64,000 nt of DNA, from positions 372,001 to 436,000 of the forward strand of contig NIVC01000202.1 in assembly GCA_002269645.1 (NCBI GenBank). The letters run 5' to 3'. The stretch is from Macrostomum lignano (Eukaryota). The position numbers were made by a program, and so were the translations under genes. Of this stretch, positions 42,205-55,300 are shown piece by piece. How positions within the stretch are numbered: the stretch's first letter is position 1; each line of letters begins with the position of its first letter. Under the pieces are notes generated by a model. It ran no database searches. It was given only the letters and a program-made list of their open reading frames with translations, and was not told the origin of the DNA.

Positions 42205-43250
42205 ATAATAAACAGACACTGTTGAGCACTTGTAAACAGACACTGTTTAGTACTTGTAAACAGACACTGTTTAGCACTTGTAAACAGACACTGTTTAGCA
42301 CTTGTAAACAGACACTGTTTAGCACTTGTAAACAGACACTGTTTAGCACTTGTAAACAGACACTGTTTAGCACTTGTAAACAGACACTGTTTAGCACTAA
42401 TAGACAGGCACTGTTTAGCACTAATAGACAGGCACTGTTTAGCACTAATAAACAGACACTATTTAGCACTAATAAACAGACACTATTTAGCACTACTAAA
42501 CAGACACTGTTGCGCATCAATAAACAGACACTGTTGCGCATCAATAAACAGACACTGTTGCGCATCAATAAACAGACACTGTTTAGCACTAATAAACAGA
42601 CACTGCTTAGCACTACTAAACAGACACTGTTGCGCATCAATAAACAGACACTGTTGCGCATCAATAAACAGACACTGTTGCGCATCAATAAACAGACACT
42701 GTTGCGCATCAATAAACAGACACTGTTGCGCATCAATAAACAGACACTGTTGCGCATCAATAAACAGACACTGTTGCGCATCAATAAACAGACACTGTTT
42801 AGCACTAATAAACAGACACTGCTTAGCACTAATAAACAGACACTGCTTAGCACTAATAAACAGACACTGCTTAGCACTAATAAACAGACACTGCTTAGCA
42901 CTAATAAACAAACACTGCTTAGCACTAATAAACAGACACTGCTTAGCAATAATAAACAGACACTGCTTAGCACTACTAAACAGACACTGTTGCGCATCAA
43001 TAAACAGACACTGTTTTGCACTAATAAACAGACACTGCGTAGCACTAATAAACAGACACTGCTTAGCACTAATAAACAGACACTGCTTAGCAATAATAAA
43101 CAGACACTGCTTAGCACTACTAAACAGACACTGTTGCGCATCAATAAACAGACACTGTTTAGCACTAATAAACAGACACTGCTTAGCACTAATAAACAGA
43201 CACTGTTTCGCATCAGTAAACAGACACTGCTTTACACTAATAAACAGACA
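42205..43250. repeat. 21-bp minisatellite (TAAACAGACACTGTTTAGCAC-type), ~50 copies, intron 4
   Basis: Direct reading; 7-aa periodic ORFs. Confidence 0.95.
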
Positions 43251-43283
43251 GTGCACAGTCGTTAATAAGCAAAATCCAGGCAC

Positions 43284-43836
43284 CTGTTGCACAGTCTGCA
43301 GCACCCGCCGCTCCTCCTGTTCGCTGGCCAGCCTGTCGGCAAGATCGGCCGCCTCTTCAGCAGCTGCCGTGGCGGCGGCCTCGGCTTCGGCGGCGGCCTC
43401 GTGCAATTGCTGAGCCTCGGCGGCCAGGCGGGCATTCTCAGCGGCCAGGCGCTCCCGCTCGGCCTCGGCCAATTCCAGTTCGCGCCTGGCCGCCTCCAGA
43501 TCCGACACGATTCGGCCGCGCTCGTCAAGCGCCGACATTCGCTCCTCAAGATGCTGCTGCAGCCGGGCGTTGCTCTCAGTGAGCAGCTGATCGACCGTGG
43601 CCGACAGCCGACCCTCGTGCTCTTCGTGCAGGCGTTCGCGTTCGCGAAAGCGCGCCAACTCGGCGCGAGCTTCGGCTAGCTCGGCGCGGGCTTCGATTAA
43701 TTCGGCGGCGCCGTCCTCCTCAGTCTGCTCGCGGGCCAGACGAAGCCGGGCCTCAGCGGAGCGGAGGGCGCTGTCGCGGGCGGCCGCCTGCTCCTCCAAC
43801 CGGTCGCAGCGCTCCTGAGCCGTCTCGGCGTCTCGC
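43284..43836 (-). CDS. PPFIA: Liprin-alpha exon 4 (coiled coil)
   Basis: HEEHEGRLSATVDQLLTESNARLQQHLEERMSALDER matches [37 protein letters not shown]; phase 2 in, 0 out. Confidence 0.92.
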
Positions 43837-43909
43837 CTGCCGAGGATCGGGGCAGGAGGGAAACGCCTTGGTTTTTTTGTGTCCGTATGCCTTAGCGGCT
43901 GACTTTTAG

Positions 43910-44725
43910 TGCCTGTCTTTTTGCTTGTCTGTCTTGGTGCATGTCTTAGTGTTCGATTTAGTGTCTGTCTTAGTGCCTGTCTTAGTGTCTGTCTTGGTGC
44001 ATGTCTTAGTGTTCGATTTAGTGTCTGTCTTAGTGCCTGTCTTAGTGTCTGTCTTGGTGCATGTCTTAGTGTTCGATTTAGTGTCTGTCTTAGTGCCTGT
44101 CTTAGTGTCTGTCTTGGTGCATGTCTTAGTGTTCGATTTAGTGTCTGTCTTAGTGCCTGTCTTAGTGTCTGTCTTGGTGCATGTCTTAGTGTTCGATTTA
44201 GTGTCTGTCTTAGTGCCTGTCTTAGTGTCTGTCTTGGTGCATGTCTTAGCGTTCGATTTAGTGTCTGTCTTAGTGCCTGTCTTAGTGTCTGTCTTGGTGC
44301 ATGTCTTAGTGTTCGATTTAGTGTCTGTCTTAGTGCCTGTCTTAGTGTCTGTCTTGGTGCATGTCTTAGTGTTCGATTTAGTGTCTGTCTTAGTGCCTGT
44401 CTTAGTGTCTGACTCTGTCTTAGTGTTTGTCTGAGTTCCTGTTTTAGTGTCTTAAGTGTCTGCCTTAGTGCTGGGCTTAGTGTTTGTCTTAGTTCCTGTT
44501 TTAGTGTCTTAGTGTCTGCCTTAGTGCCGGGCTTAGTGTTTGTCTTAGTTCCTGTTTTAGTGTCTTAGGGTCTGCCTTAGTGCCGGGCTTAGTGTTTGTC
44601 TGAGTTCCTGTTTTAGTGTCTTAGTGTCTGCCTTAGTGCCGGGCTTAGTGTTTGTCTGAGTTCCTGTTTTAGTGTCTTAGGGTCTGCCTTAGTGCCGGGC
44701 TTAGTGTTTGTCTTAGTGTCTGTAT
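43910..44725. repeat. Compound array: 60-bp unit (~8 copies) followed by a 56-bp unit (~5 copies), both built on CTTAGTG, intron 3
   Basis: Exact 60-nt periodicity at 43925-44412; 56-nt periodicity at 44420-44725. Confidence 0.95.
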
Positions 44726-44896
44726 TAACTTCCTACTTTGCTGTTATAGGCATCGTATACCAAAATTATGTAGATGGTACACGAACAACTGCTTTTATCG
44801 CCAAGCAATGCAAACTTCCTGCACTTCTGTTTGAAGAGAGGAGTGGCTAATATAGGCTTCAATTCAGTTTGTTGGACTAGCAGTTACCCCACTTAC

Positions 44897-45297
44897 CTGG
44901 CCGTCAGACACCGCTGCTCTTGATCGGCGGCTCGAGCTTCGGCCTCGCGTCGGGCCGCCTCCGATTCCGTTGCCTCGCGCTGCAGACGCTCCGCCCGCTG
45001 CACTGCCCGGGCCGCCTCGCCCTGGGCCACCTGCAGCGCCTCCTCGGCGTCGCGCAGCCGCCTGGCTGACTCGGCAGACGCTGCCGCCGCGGCCCCGGCA
45101 GCCGCAGCCGCCACAGTCGATGCTGCAGTTTGCTGCTGCTGCTGATCCTGCGGCTGCCGTCGATTTGCAACAGCGCCGGTGCAATCATCGCTGGCTGACG
45201 ATAAGGAACGGAGTCTGGCCAAATCCTCATTGGCTGCGGCGAGCTCAGTCTCCGCCCGCGTGGCCCGGTCCAGTGCTTGGCGCAGCTTCTCCTTCAC
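44897..45297 (-). CDS. PPFIA: Liprin-alpha exon 3 (coiled coil)
   Basis: atcgcag|GTG AAG GAG AAG CTG (cf. VRERLRVAL) ... EQRCLTA AG|gtaagt (cf. LEKRYLAAQ). Confidence 0.9.
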
Positions 45298-45321
45298 CTG
45301 CGATGCAATGACGGGAGGCCG

Positions 45322-46620
45322 GTTCTGATTCTGATACTAGCAGTCCCGATCCTGACACTGGCAGTCCCGATCCTGACACTGGCAGTCCCGATCCTGATAC
45401 TGTCAGTCCCGATCCTGATACTGTCAGTCCCGATATTCTGATACTGTCAGTCCCGATCCTGATACTGTCAGTCCCGATATTCTGATACTGTCAGTCCCGA
45501 TCCTGACACTGTCAGTCCCAATCCTGACACACTGTCAGTCCCAATCCTGACACTGTCAGTCCCAATCCTGATACTGTCAGTCCCAATCCTGACACTGTCA
45601 GCCCCAATCCTGATACTGTCAGTCCTGATTCTGATACTGTCAGTCCCGATCCTGATACTGTCAGTCCCAATCCTGACACACTGTCAGTCCCAATCCTGAT
45701 ACTGTCAGTCCCGATTCTGACACTGTCAGCCCAAATCCTGATACTGTCAGTCCTGATTCTGATACTGTCAGTCCCGATCCTGATACTGTCAGTCCCGATC
45801 CTGATACTGTCAGTCCCGATCCTGATACTGTCAGTCCTGATTCTGATACTGGCAGTCCCGATCCTGACACTGGCAGTCCCGATCCTGATACTGTCAGTCC
45901 CGATCCTGATACTGTCAGTCCCGATATTCTGATACTGTCAGTCCCGATCCTGATACTGTCAGTCCCGATATTCTGATACTGTCAGTCCCGATCCTGACAC
46001 TGTCAGTCCCAATCCTGACACACTGTCAGTCCCAATCCTGACACTGTCAGTCCCAATCCTGATACTGTCAGTCCCAATCCTGACACTGTCAGCCCCAATC
46101 CTGATACTGTCAGTCCTGATTCTGATACTGTCAGTCCCGATCCTGATACTGTCAGTCCCAATCCTGACACACTGTCAGTCCCAATCCTGATACTGTCAGT
46201 CCCGATTCTGACACTGTCAGCCCAAATCCTGATACTGTCAGTCCTGATTCTGATACTGTCAGTCCCGATCCTGATACTGTCAGTCCCGATCCTGATACTG
46301 TCAGTCCCGATCCTGATACTGTCAGTCCTGATTCTGATACTGTCAGTCCCGATCCTGATACTGTCAGTCCCGATCCTGATACTGTCAGTCCCGATCCTGA
46401 TACTGTCAGTCCCGATTCTGATACTGTCAGTCCCGATCCTGATACTGTCAGTCCCGATATTCTGATACTGTCAGTCCCGATCCTGACACTGTCAGTCCCA
46501 ATCCTGACACTGTCAGTCCTGATTCTGATACTGTCAGTCCCGATCCTGATACTGTCAGTCCCGATCCTGATACTGTCAGTCTTGATCCTTATATATTATC
46601 AGTCCAAATCCTGACACTCA
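45322..46620. repeat. 21-bp minisatellite (CTGATACTGTCAGTCCCGATC), ~60 copies with a ~490-bp internal duplication, intron 2
   Basis: Variant order at 45361 recurs at 45852. Confidence 0.95.
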
Positions 46621-46717
46621 ATCCTGATCCTCCTCTACTGATGTGACTCGTTGATTTCCCTGTATGCAAATCAGTGCAAAAGCGTAAAGTGAAAACATAA
46701 GGAATTTTTAGGCCCAC

Positions 46718-46984
46718 CTTTTCGTCAAGCGCTTTGTGATGCTCAAACAAACTCTTGAGAGCTTTGAGCACCTCCACCTCCGAGCTGACGCCGGACGGCG
46801 AGGCGGCCTGCCGTTTGACAACGGTCATTCGAAGAGACCTCTCGTGCCTAGCAACCAGTGTCTCCAGGTGTTCCAGCAGCAGCCGGGTGTTGCTGCGCTC
46901 CGCTTTCAATTCGGCAACTTCGTCGTCCCGCTCTTGCAGCTGTTCGCGCAGCTGCGTCACCTCCTTGACCAGACTGACCGAGTC
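46718..46984 (-). CDS. PPFIA: Liprin-alpha exon 2 (LH1 coiled coil)
   Basis: [65 protein letters not shown] is near-invariant in liprin-alpha; phase 0-0. Confidence 0.97.
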
Positions 46985-47194
46985 CTGGGCGGCGGATGAG
47001 GGCGAGGGGGAGGGGTTGCATTGAGGATTTTCATCCCCAATTCATTCCGGTATCCAGCCGAGTCTATGAGATTCTGAGTTGAAACTTTCAGAATAACTAT
47101 CTAAGTTTGAAGCTCAAAGATGTAAATCAGAATTCCAAATATAGTAACATGAATCCCTAATATAGAAACTTGAATCCAAAATCTATATAACTAA

Positions 47195-47465
47195 ATCTCA
47201 ATAAAGAAATTTAAATCCCAAATATACAAATCTGTATCCCAAATATAGAAATCTGTATCCCAAATAAATAAATATAAATCCCAAATATAGAAATCTGTAT
47301 CCCAAATATACAAATCTGTATCCCAAATATAGAAATCTGTATCCCAAATATAGAAATCTGTATCCCAAATATACAAATCTGTATCCCAAATAGACAAATC
47401 TGTATCCCAAATATACAAATCTGTATCCCAAATAAATAAATATAAATCCCAAATATAGAAATCTG
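47195..47465. repeat. 21-bp minisatellite (AAATCTGTATCCCAAATATAG)
   Basis: Direct reading. Confidence 0.9.
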
Positions 47466-48280
47466 CAATCCGAAGTATAGAAATATGAGCCGTAACATTA
47501 AATTTCGAATCTTAATTTCGAAATAAGTCCTTAAACCAAATGAACTACCTGAATACAAATTCTCTTTAGTGATGGCTATATAATCTCCTTAACTCCATTC
47601 TTAAATCTGAAGATAGGTCAAGGACAATCTTTCAACAGACTTCAAAGCGAAGTAAACGCAAAAGCGCTATAAAAACGAAGACACGGTCTGTCTCTCTTTT
47701 TCCTTACTTAAGCATGCAACAGATTTTAACTAACGGGCAAAAAGCTATTCCCTGTCTTCTTAGCATACTTGCTAGCTTTTCTCGAGTGATTAATTAGTGC
47801 CATTTGTAGAATTAGTAAAAAGAAGCAGAAGCCTAATAGAAGATTGTGTGCGACAAAGAGAAAGATATGCTAGGATACAATACCCTTGATACTCTCTCTC
47901 TCTGAGAAATATACAAAAAGTACTATTTAACAAATTTAACATATTGCTAATCAATCAATTTGGAACTGTCAAAGCAGAAAGCAATGTACTGACAGACATA
48001 TTTTGTCTTTGAACAGCAAAAAATGAAAAATAATAAGTAAAAATGTTACGATTTGGATTTTTTGTACTTTAGGCTCATTACCGGTTCCATTTCTTCCATT
48101 TCGGAACTGAATTGACATCTGAAATAGCTCGGCGATTTGTACGATACGATTTGTATCTGCTTGCGTTTCTATGCTTCCATAATTCTGTCTATGCGCTGAA
48201 GTACTACTGCAAGTAACAGTACTTCAGGTGTGCGAGGCTACAGTTTGGCTATGTATACAATTAACGCCGTTTTATAATTA

Positions 48281-48372
48281 ATCATAGTCTATGGTAAAAA
48301 GTCCGAAACTGTATATAAAAGTCTGGATGCGAGCGAAGCAAGTCTTTGGACTTTTTAACCATAGACTATGAT
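48281..48372. repeat. Short hairpin/MITE-like element with ~24-bp terminal inverted repeats
   Basis: ATCATAGTCTATGGTAAAAAGTCC ... GGACTTTTTAACCATAGACTATGAT. Confidence 0.65.
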
Positions 48373-48745
48373 AAATTGAACCACTTTTATCGTAGAAGAA
48401 TTTCCGTTACGATTTTACGTTAAAATTATACTGTTTGTTTGTGGCAGGGGCTACTGCGATATAAATTTACCATAGAATAGAAAAGACGGGAGATCTGCAG
48501 ACTGCATTGACTTCCGGGAGCCAAAATGGTCAAAAAGAAGAGGCGAAATGGCGTCCGGCTGATACACCTACGGAGTTTGCTTAGTTGCCGCCATCAATGC
48601 TTTGCCAGGTAAAACCTTCCTCTGTGGATTTTTTGCTTTCCTGTTCTCCTGTTCACTGGTTCTCTGATTTTTTGAGTTCCCGTCTTCTCGAGTTGATAAA
48701 AACATGTGTTCGTCTTTACTTTTAATCAGACAGCCCCCACACATT

Positions 48746-48991
48746 TCCTATATACTAAAAATGAGTTGTCTGTATGTATGTATGTATATGGGTATGCGAT
48801 TGATTTCAGAAAAAACGGCTCAACCGATTTTCTTCAAACTTGCATCATTCGATCAGAAATTTTCCTGGCACAGTACATGCATCTTGGCTAAGAAATTGCT
48901 CAATGTTAAAGGGATTAAATATTCGAAAAACACGCTTTTTTGCAAAGGTCAAGCCAAATTTTCGACTTGAAATGCATTGTAAGAATGCTAG
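48746..48991 (+). mobile_element. Possible non-autonomous Helitron-like element
   Basis: 5' TCCTATATACTAAAAATG, internal (TGTA)n and ACGGCTCAACCGATTT, and 3' CTAG resemble short insect Helitron families (from memory); the 3' hairpin is weak. Confidence 0.35.
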
Positions 48992-49364
48992 AGAAAAAAC
49001 TGACTGACTGAATTTCAATTCTGATAAAGATTGCATCACAACAAGTTGAAAACAGTGCCGAAGAAATGCACACACGACTTGATTGAAATTGCGTAACCAT
49101 ATTGCTAACTCGAAGTGAGACTGATACTGGCTGACTGAGAAATTGATTATGTCATAACTTTTTACTCCAATTGACTTGCTGTACGAATTGAATTATAAGG
49201 GCCACAATTCATGTTCTCCAATTGAAAAGAGATAGCCCTGATGCGAACAGACTGGAATGCTAATGTAGCGACCTGGGTTCGAATCTTAGAAGCGCAAAAT
49301 AATTTTTTTATTAAAACACCTTAAAAACAAAAAAACTGCTAAACATAAAAAAAGCGCAATAGAA

Positions 49365-52300
49365 GAGCCACCATGTCAAACCTAAAGGAGCCACCATGTC
49401 GAACATTAAAGAACCACCATGTCGAACATAAAAGAGCCACCATATCGAACATAAAAGAGTTACCATGTTAAAAATTAAAGAGCCACCATGTCGAACATTA
49501 AAGAGCCACCATGTCGAACATAGAAGAGCCACCATGTCAAACATTAAAGAGCCACCATTTCAAACCTAAAGGAGCCACCATGTCGAAAATTAAAGAGCCA
49601 CCATGTCGAACATAAAAGAGCCACCATATCAAACATAAAAGAGTTACCATGTCAAACATTAAAGAGCCACCATGTCGAACATTAAAGAGCAACCATGTCG
49701 AACATTCAATAGCCACCATGTCAAACATTAAAGAGCCACATTGTCAAGCATTAAAGACCCACCATTTCAAACCTAAAATAGTTACCATGTCAAACATTCA
49801 ATAGCCACCATGTCAAACATTAAAGAGCCACCATGTCGAACATAAAAGAGCCACCATATTAAACATAAAAGAGTTACCATGTCAAACATTAAAGAGCCAC
49901 CATGTCGAACATTAAAGAGCCACCATGTCAAACATTAAAGAGCCACATTGTCAAGCATTAAAGACCCACCATTTCAAACCTAAAAGAGCCACCATGTCAA
50001 ACATTAAAGAGCCACCATGTCGAACATTAAAGAGCCACCTTGTCAAATATTAAAGAGCCACCATTTCAAACCTAAAGAAGCCACCATGTCGAACATACAA
50101 GAGCCACCATGTCGAACATAGAAAAGCCACCATGTCAAACATTAAAGAGCCACCGTTTCAAACCTAAAAGAGCCACCATGTTAAAAATTAAAGAGCCACC
50201 ATGTCAAACATAAAACAGACACCATTAAGAACATTAAAGAGCCACCATGTCAAACCTAAAACAGCCACCATTTCGAAAATTAAGGAGCCACCATTTCGAA
50301 AATTTAAGAGCCGCTATGTTAAACATTAAAGGGCCACCTTGTCAAATATTAAAGAGCCACCATTTCAAACCTAAAAGAGCGACCCTGTCGAACATACAAG
50401 AGCCACCATGTCGAACATAAAAGAGCCACCATGTCGAACATACAAGAGCCACCATGTCGAACATAGAAAAGCCACCATGTCGAACATAGAAAAGCCACCA
50501 TGTTAAACATTAAAGAGCCAATATTTCAAACCTAAAGGAGCCACCATGTCGAACATAAAAGAGTCACCATGTTAAAAATTAAAGAGCCACCATGTCGAAC
50601 ATTAAAGAGCCACCATTTCAAACATTAAAGAGCCACCATGTCAAACATTAAAGAGCCACCGGTTCAAACCTAAAAGAGCCACCATGTCGAACATTAAAGA
50701 GCCACCATGTCAAACATAAAACAGACACCATGTCAAACATTAAAGAGCCACCATGTCAAACATTAAAGAGCCACCGGTTCAAACCTAAAAGAGCCACCAT
50801 GTCGAACATTAAAAAGCCACCATGTCAAACATTAAAGAGCCACATTGTCAAACATTAAAAAGCCACCATTTCAAACCTAAAAGAGCCACCATGTCAAACA
50901 TTAAAGAGCCACCATGTCAAACATTAAAGAGCCACCTTGTCAAATATTAAAGAGCCACCATTTCAAACCTAAAGAAGCCACCATGTCGAACATACAAGAG
51001 CCACCATGTCGAACATAAAAGAGCCACCATATCAAACATAAAAGAGTTACCATGTCAAACATTAAAGAGCCACCATGTCAAACATTAAAGAGCCACCATG
51101 TCGAACATAAAAGAGCCACCATATCAAACATAAAAGAGTTACCATGTCAAACATTAAAGAGCCACCATGTCGAACATTAAAGAGCCACCATGTCAAACAT
51201 TAAAGAGCCACATTGTCAAGCATTAAAGACCCACCATTTCAAACCTAAAAGAGCCACCATGTCGAACATTAAAGAGCCACCTTGTCAAATATTAAAGAGC
51301 CACCATTTCAAACCTAAAGAAGCCACCATTTCGAACATACAAGAGCCACCATGTCGAACATAAAAGAGCCACCATATCAAACATAAAAGAGTTACCATGT
51401 TAAAAATTAAAGAGCCACCATGTCGAACATAAAAGAGCAACCATGTCAAACATAAAACAGACACCATTAAGAACATTAAAGAGCCACCATGTCGAACATT
51501 AAAGAGCCACCATGTCAAATATAAAACAGCCACCATTTCGAAAATTTAAGAGCCGCCATGTTAAACATTAAAGGGCCACCTTGTCAAATATTAAAGAGCC
51601 ACCATTTCAAACCTAAAAGAGCGACCCTGTCGAACATACAAGAGCCACAATGTCGAACATAAAAGAGCAGCTATGTAGAACATAAAAGAGCCACCATGTC
51701 AAACATAAAAAAGCCACCATGTCAAACATAAAAGAGCCAACATGAAGAACATTAAAGAGCCACCATGTCGACCATTAAAAGAGCCACCATGTCGAACATA
51801 CAAGAGCCACCATGTCGAACATAGAAAAGCCACCATGTCGAACATAGAAAAGCCACCATGTTAAACATTAAAGAGCCAATATTTCAAACCTTAAGGAGCC
51901 ACCATGTCGAACATAAAAGAGTCACCATGTTAAAAATTAAAGAGCCACCATGTCGAACATTAAAGAGCCACCATGTCGAACATAGAAGAGCCACCATGTC
52001 AAACATTAAAGAGCCACCATTTCAAACTTAAAGGAGCCACCATGTCGAAAATTAAAGAGCCACCATGTCGAACATAAAAGAGCCACCATAGCAAACATAA
52101 AAGAGTTACCATGTCAAACATTAAAGAGCAACCATGTCGAACATTCAATAGCCACCATGTCAAACATTAAAGAGCCACATTGTCAAGCATTAAAGACCCA
52201 CCATTTCAAACCTAAAATAGTTACCATGTCAAACATTCAATAGCCACCATGTCAAACATTAAAGAGCCACCATGTCGAACATAAAAGAGCCACCATATTA

Positions 52301-55300
52301 AACATAAAAGAGTTACCATGTCAAACATTAAAGAGCCACCATGTCGAACATTAAAGAGCCACCATGTCAAACATTAAAGAGCCACATTGTCAAGCATTAA
52401 AGACCCACCATTTCAAACCTAAAAGAGCCACCATGTCAAACATTAAAGAGCCACCATGTCGAACATTAAAGAGCCACCTTGTCAAATATTAAAGAGCCAC
52501 CATTTCAAACCTAAAGAAGCCACCATGTCGAACATACAAGAGCCACCATGTCGAACATAGAAAAGCCACCATGTCAAACATTAAAGAGCCACCGTTTCAA
52601 ACCTAAAAGAGCCACCATGTTAAAAATTAAAGAGCCACCATGTCAAACATAAAACAGACACCATTAAGAACATTAAAGAGCCACCATGTCAAACCTAAAA
52701 CAGCCACCATTTCGAAAATTAAGGAGCCACCATTTCGAAAATTTAAGAGCCGCTATGTTAAACATTAAAGGGCCACCTTGTCAAATATTAAAGAGCCACC
52801 ATTTCAAACCTAAAAGAGCGACCCTGTCGAACATACAAGAGCCACCATGTCGAACATAAAAGAGCCACCATGTCGAACATACAAGAGCCACCATGTCGAA
52901 CATAGAAAAGCCACCATGTCGAACATAGAAAAGCCACCATGTTAAACATTAAAGAGCCAATATTTCAAACCTAAAGGAGCCACCATGTCGAACATAAAAG
53001 AGTCACCATGTTAAAAATTAAAGAGCCACCATGTCGAACATTAAAGAGCCACCATTTCAAACATTAAAGAGCCACCATGTCAAACATTAAAGAGCCACCG
53101 GTTCAAACCTAAAAGAGCCACCATGTCGAACATTAAAGAGCCACCATGTCAAACATAAAACAGACACCATGTCAAACATTAAAGAGCCACCATGTCAAAC
53201 ATTAAAGAGCCACCGGTTCAAACCTAAAAGAGCCACCATGTCGAACATTAAAAAGCCACCATGTCAAACATTAAAGAGCCACATTGTCAAACATTAAAAA
53301 GCCACCATTTCAAACCTAAAAGAGCCACCATGTCAAACATTAAAGAGCCACCATGTCAAACATTAAAGAGCCACCTTGTCAAATATTAAAGAGCCACCAT
53401 TTCAAACCTAAAGAAGCCACCATGTCGAACATACAAGAGCCACCATGTCGAACATAGAAAAGCCACCATGTCAAACATTAAAGAGCCACCGTTTCAAACC
53501 TAAAAGAGCCACCATGTTAAAAATTAAAGAGCCACCATGTCAAACATAAAACAGACACCATTAAGAACATTAAAGAGCCACCATGTCAAACCTAAAACAG
53601 CCACCATTTCGAAAATTAAGGAGCCACCATTTCGAAAATTTAAGAGCCGCTATGTTAAACATTAAAGGGCCACCTTGTCAAATATTAAAGAGCCACCATT
53701 TCAAACCTAAAAGAGCGACCCTGTCGAACATACAAGAGCCACCATGTCGAACATAAAAGAGCCACCATGTCGAACATACAAGAGCCACCATGTCGAACAT
53801 AGAAAAGCCACCATGTCGAACATAGAAAAGCCACCATGTTAAACATTAAAGAGCCAATATTTCAAACCTAAAGGAGCCACCATGTCGAACATAAAAGAGT
53901 CACCATGTTAAAAATTAAAGAGCCACCATGTCGAACATTAAAGAGCCACCATTTCAAACATTAAAGAGCCACCATGTCAAACATTAAAGAGCCACCGGTT
54001 CAAACCTAAAAGAGCCACCATGTCGAACATTAAAGAGCCACCATGTCAAACATAAAACAGACACCATGTCAAACATTAAAGAGCCACCATGTCAAACATT
54101 AAAGAGCCACCGGTTCAAACCTAAAAGAGCCACCATGTCGAACATTAAAAAGCCACCATGTCAAACATTAAAGAGCCACATTGTCAAACATTAAAAAGCC
54201 ACCATTTCAAACCTAAAAGAGCCACCATGTCAAACATTAAAGAGCCACCATGTCAAACATTAAAGAGCCACCTTGTCAAATATTAAAGAGCCACCATTTC
54301 AAACCTAAAGAAGCCACCATGTCGAACATACAAGAGCCACCATGTCGAACATAAAAGAGCCACCATATCAAACATAAAAGAGTTACCATGTCAAACATTA
54401 AAGAGCCACCATGTCAAACATTAAAGAGCCACCATGTCGAACATAAAAGAGCCACCATATCAAACATAAAAGAGTTACCATGTCAAACATTAAAGAGCCA
54501 CCATGTCGAACATTAAAGAGCCACCATGTCAAACATTAAAGAGCCACATTGTCAAGCATTAAAGACCCACCATTTCAAACCTAAAAGAGCCACCATGTCG
54601 AACATTAAAGAGCCACCTTGTCAAATATTAAAGAGCCACCATTTCAAACCTAAAGAAGCCACCATTTCGAACATACAAGAGCCACCATGTCGAACATAAA
54701 AGAGCCACCATATCAAACATAAAAGAGTTACCATGTTAAAAATTAAAGAGCCACCATGTCGAACATAAAAGAGCAACCATGTCAAACATAAAACAGACAC
54801 CATTAAGAACATTAAAGAGCCACCATGTCGAACATTAAAGAGCCACCATGTCAAATATAAAACAGCCACCATTTCGAAAATTTAAGAGCCGCCATGTTAA
54901 ACATTAAAGGGCCACCTTGTCAAATATTAAAGAGCCACCATTTCAAACCTAAAAGAGCGACCCTGTCGAACATACAAGAGCCACAATGTCGAACATAAAA
55001 GAGCAGCTATGTAGAACATAAAAGAGCCACCATGTCAAACATAAAAAAGCCACCATGTCAAACATAAAAGAGCCAACATGAAGAACATTAAAGAGCCACC
55101 ATGTCGACCATTAAAAGAGCCACCATGTCGAACATACAAGAGCCACCATGTCGAACATAGAAAAGCCACCATGTCGAACATAGAAAAGCCACCATGTTAA
55201 ACATTAAAGAGCCAATATTTCAAACCTTAAGGAGCCACCATGTCGAACATAAAAGAGTCACCATGTTAAAAATTAAAGAGCCACCATGTCGAACATTAAA

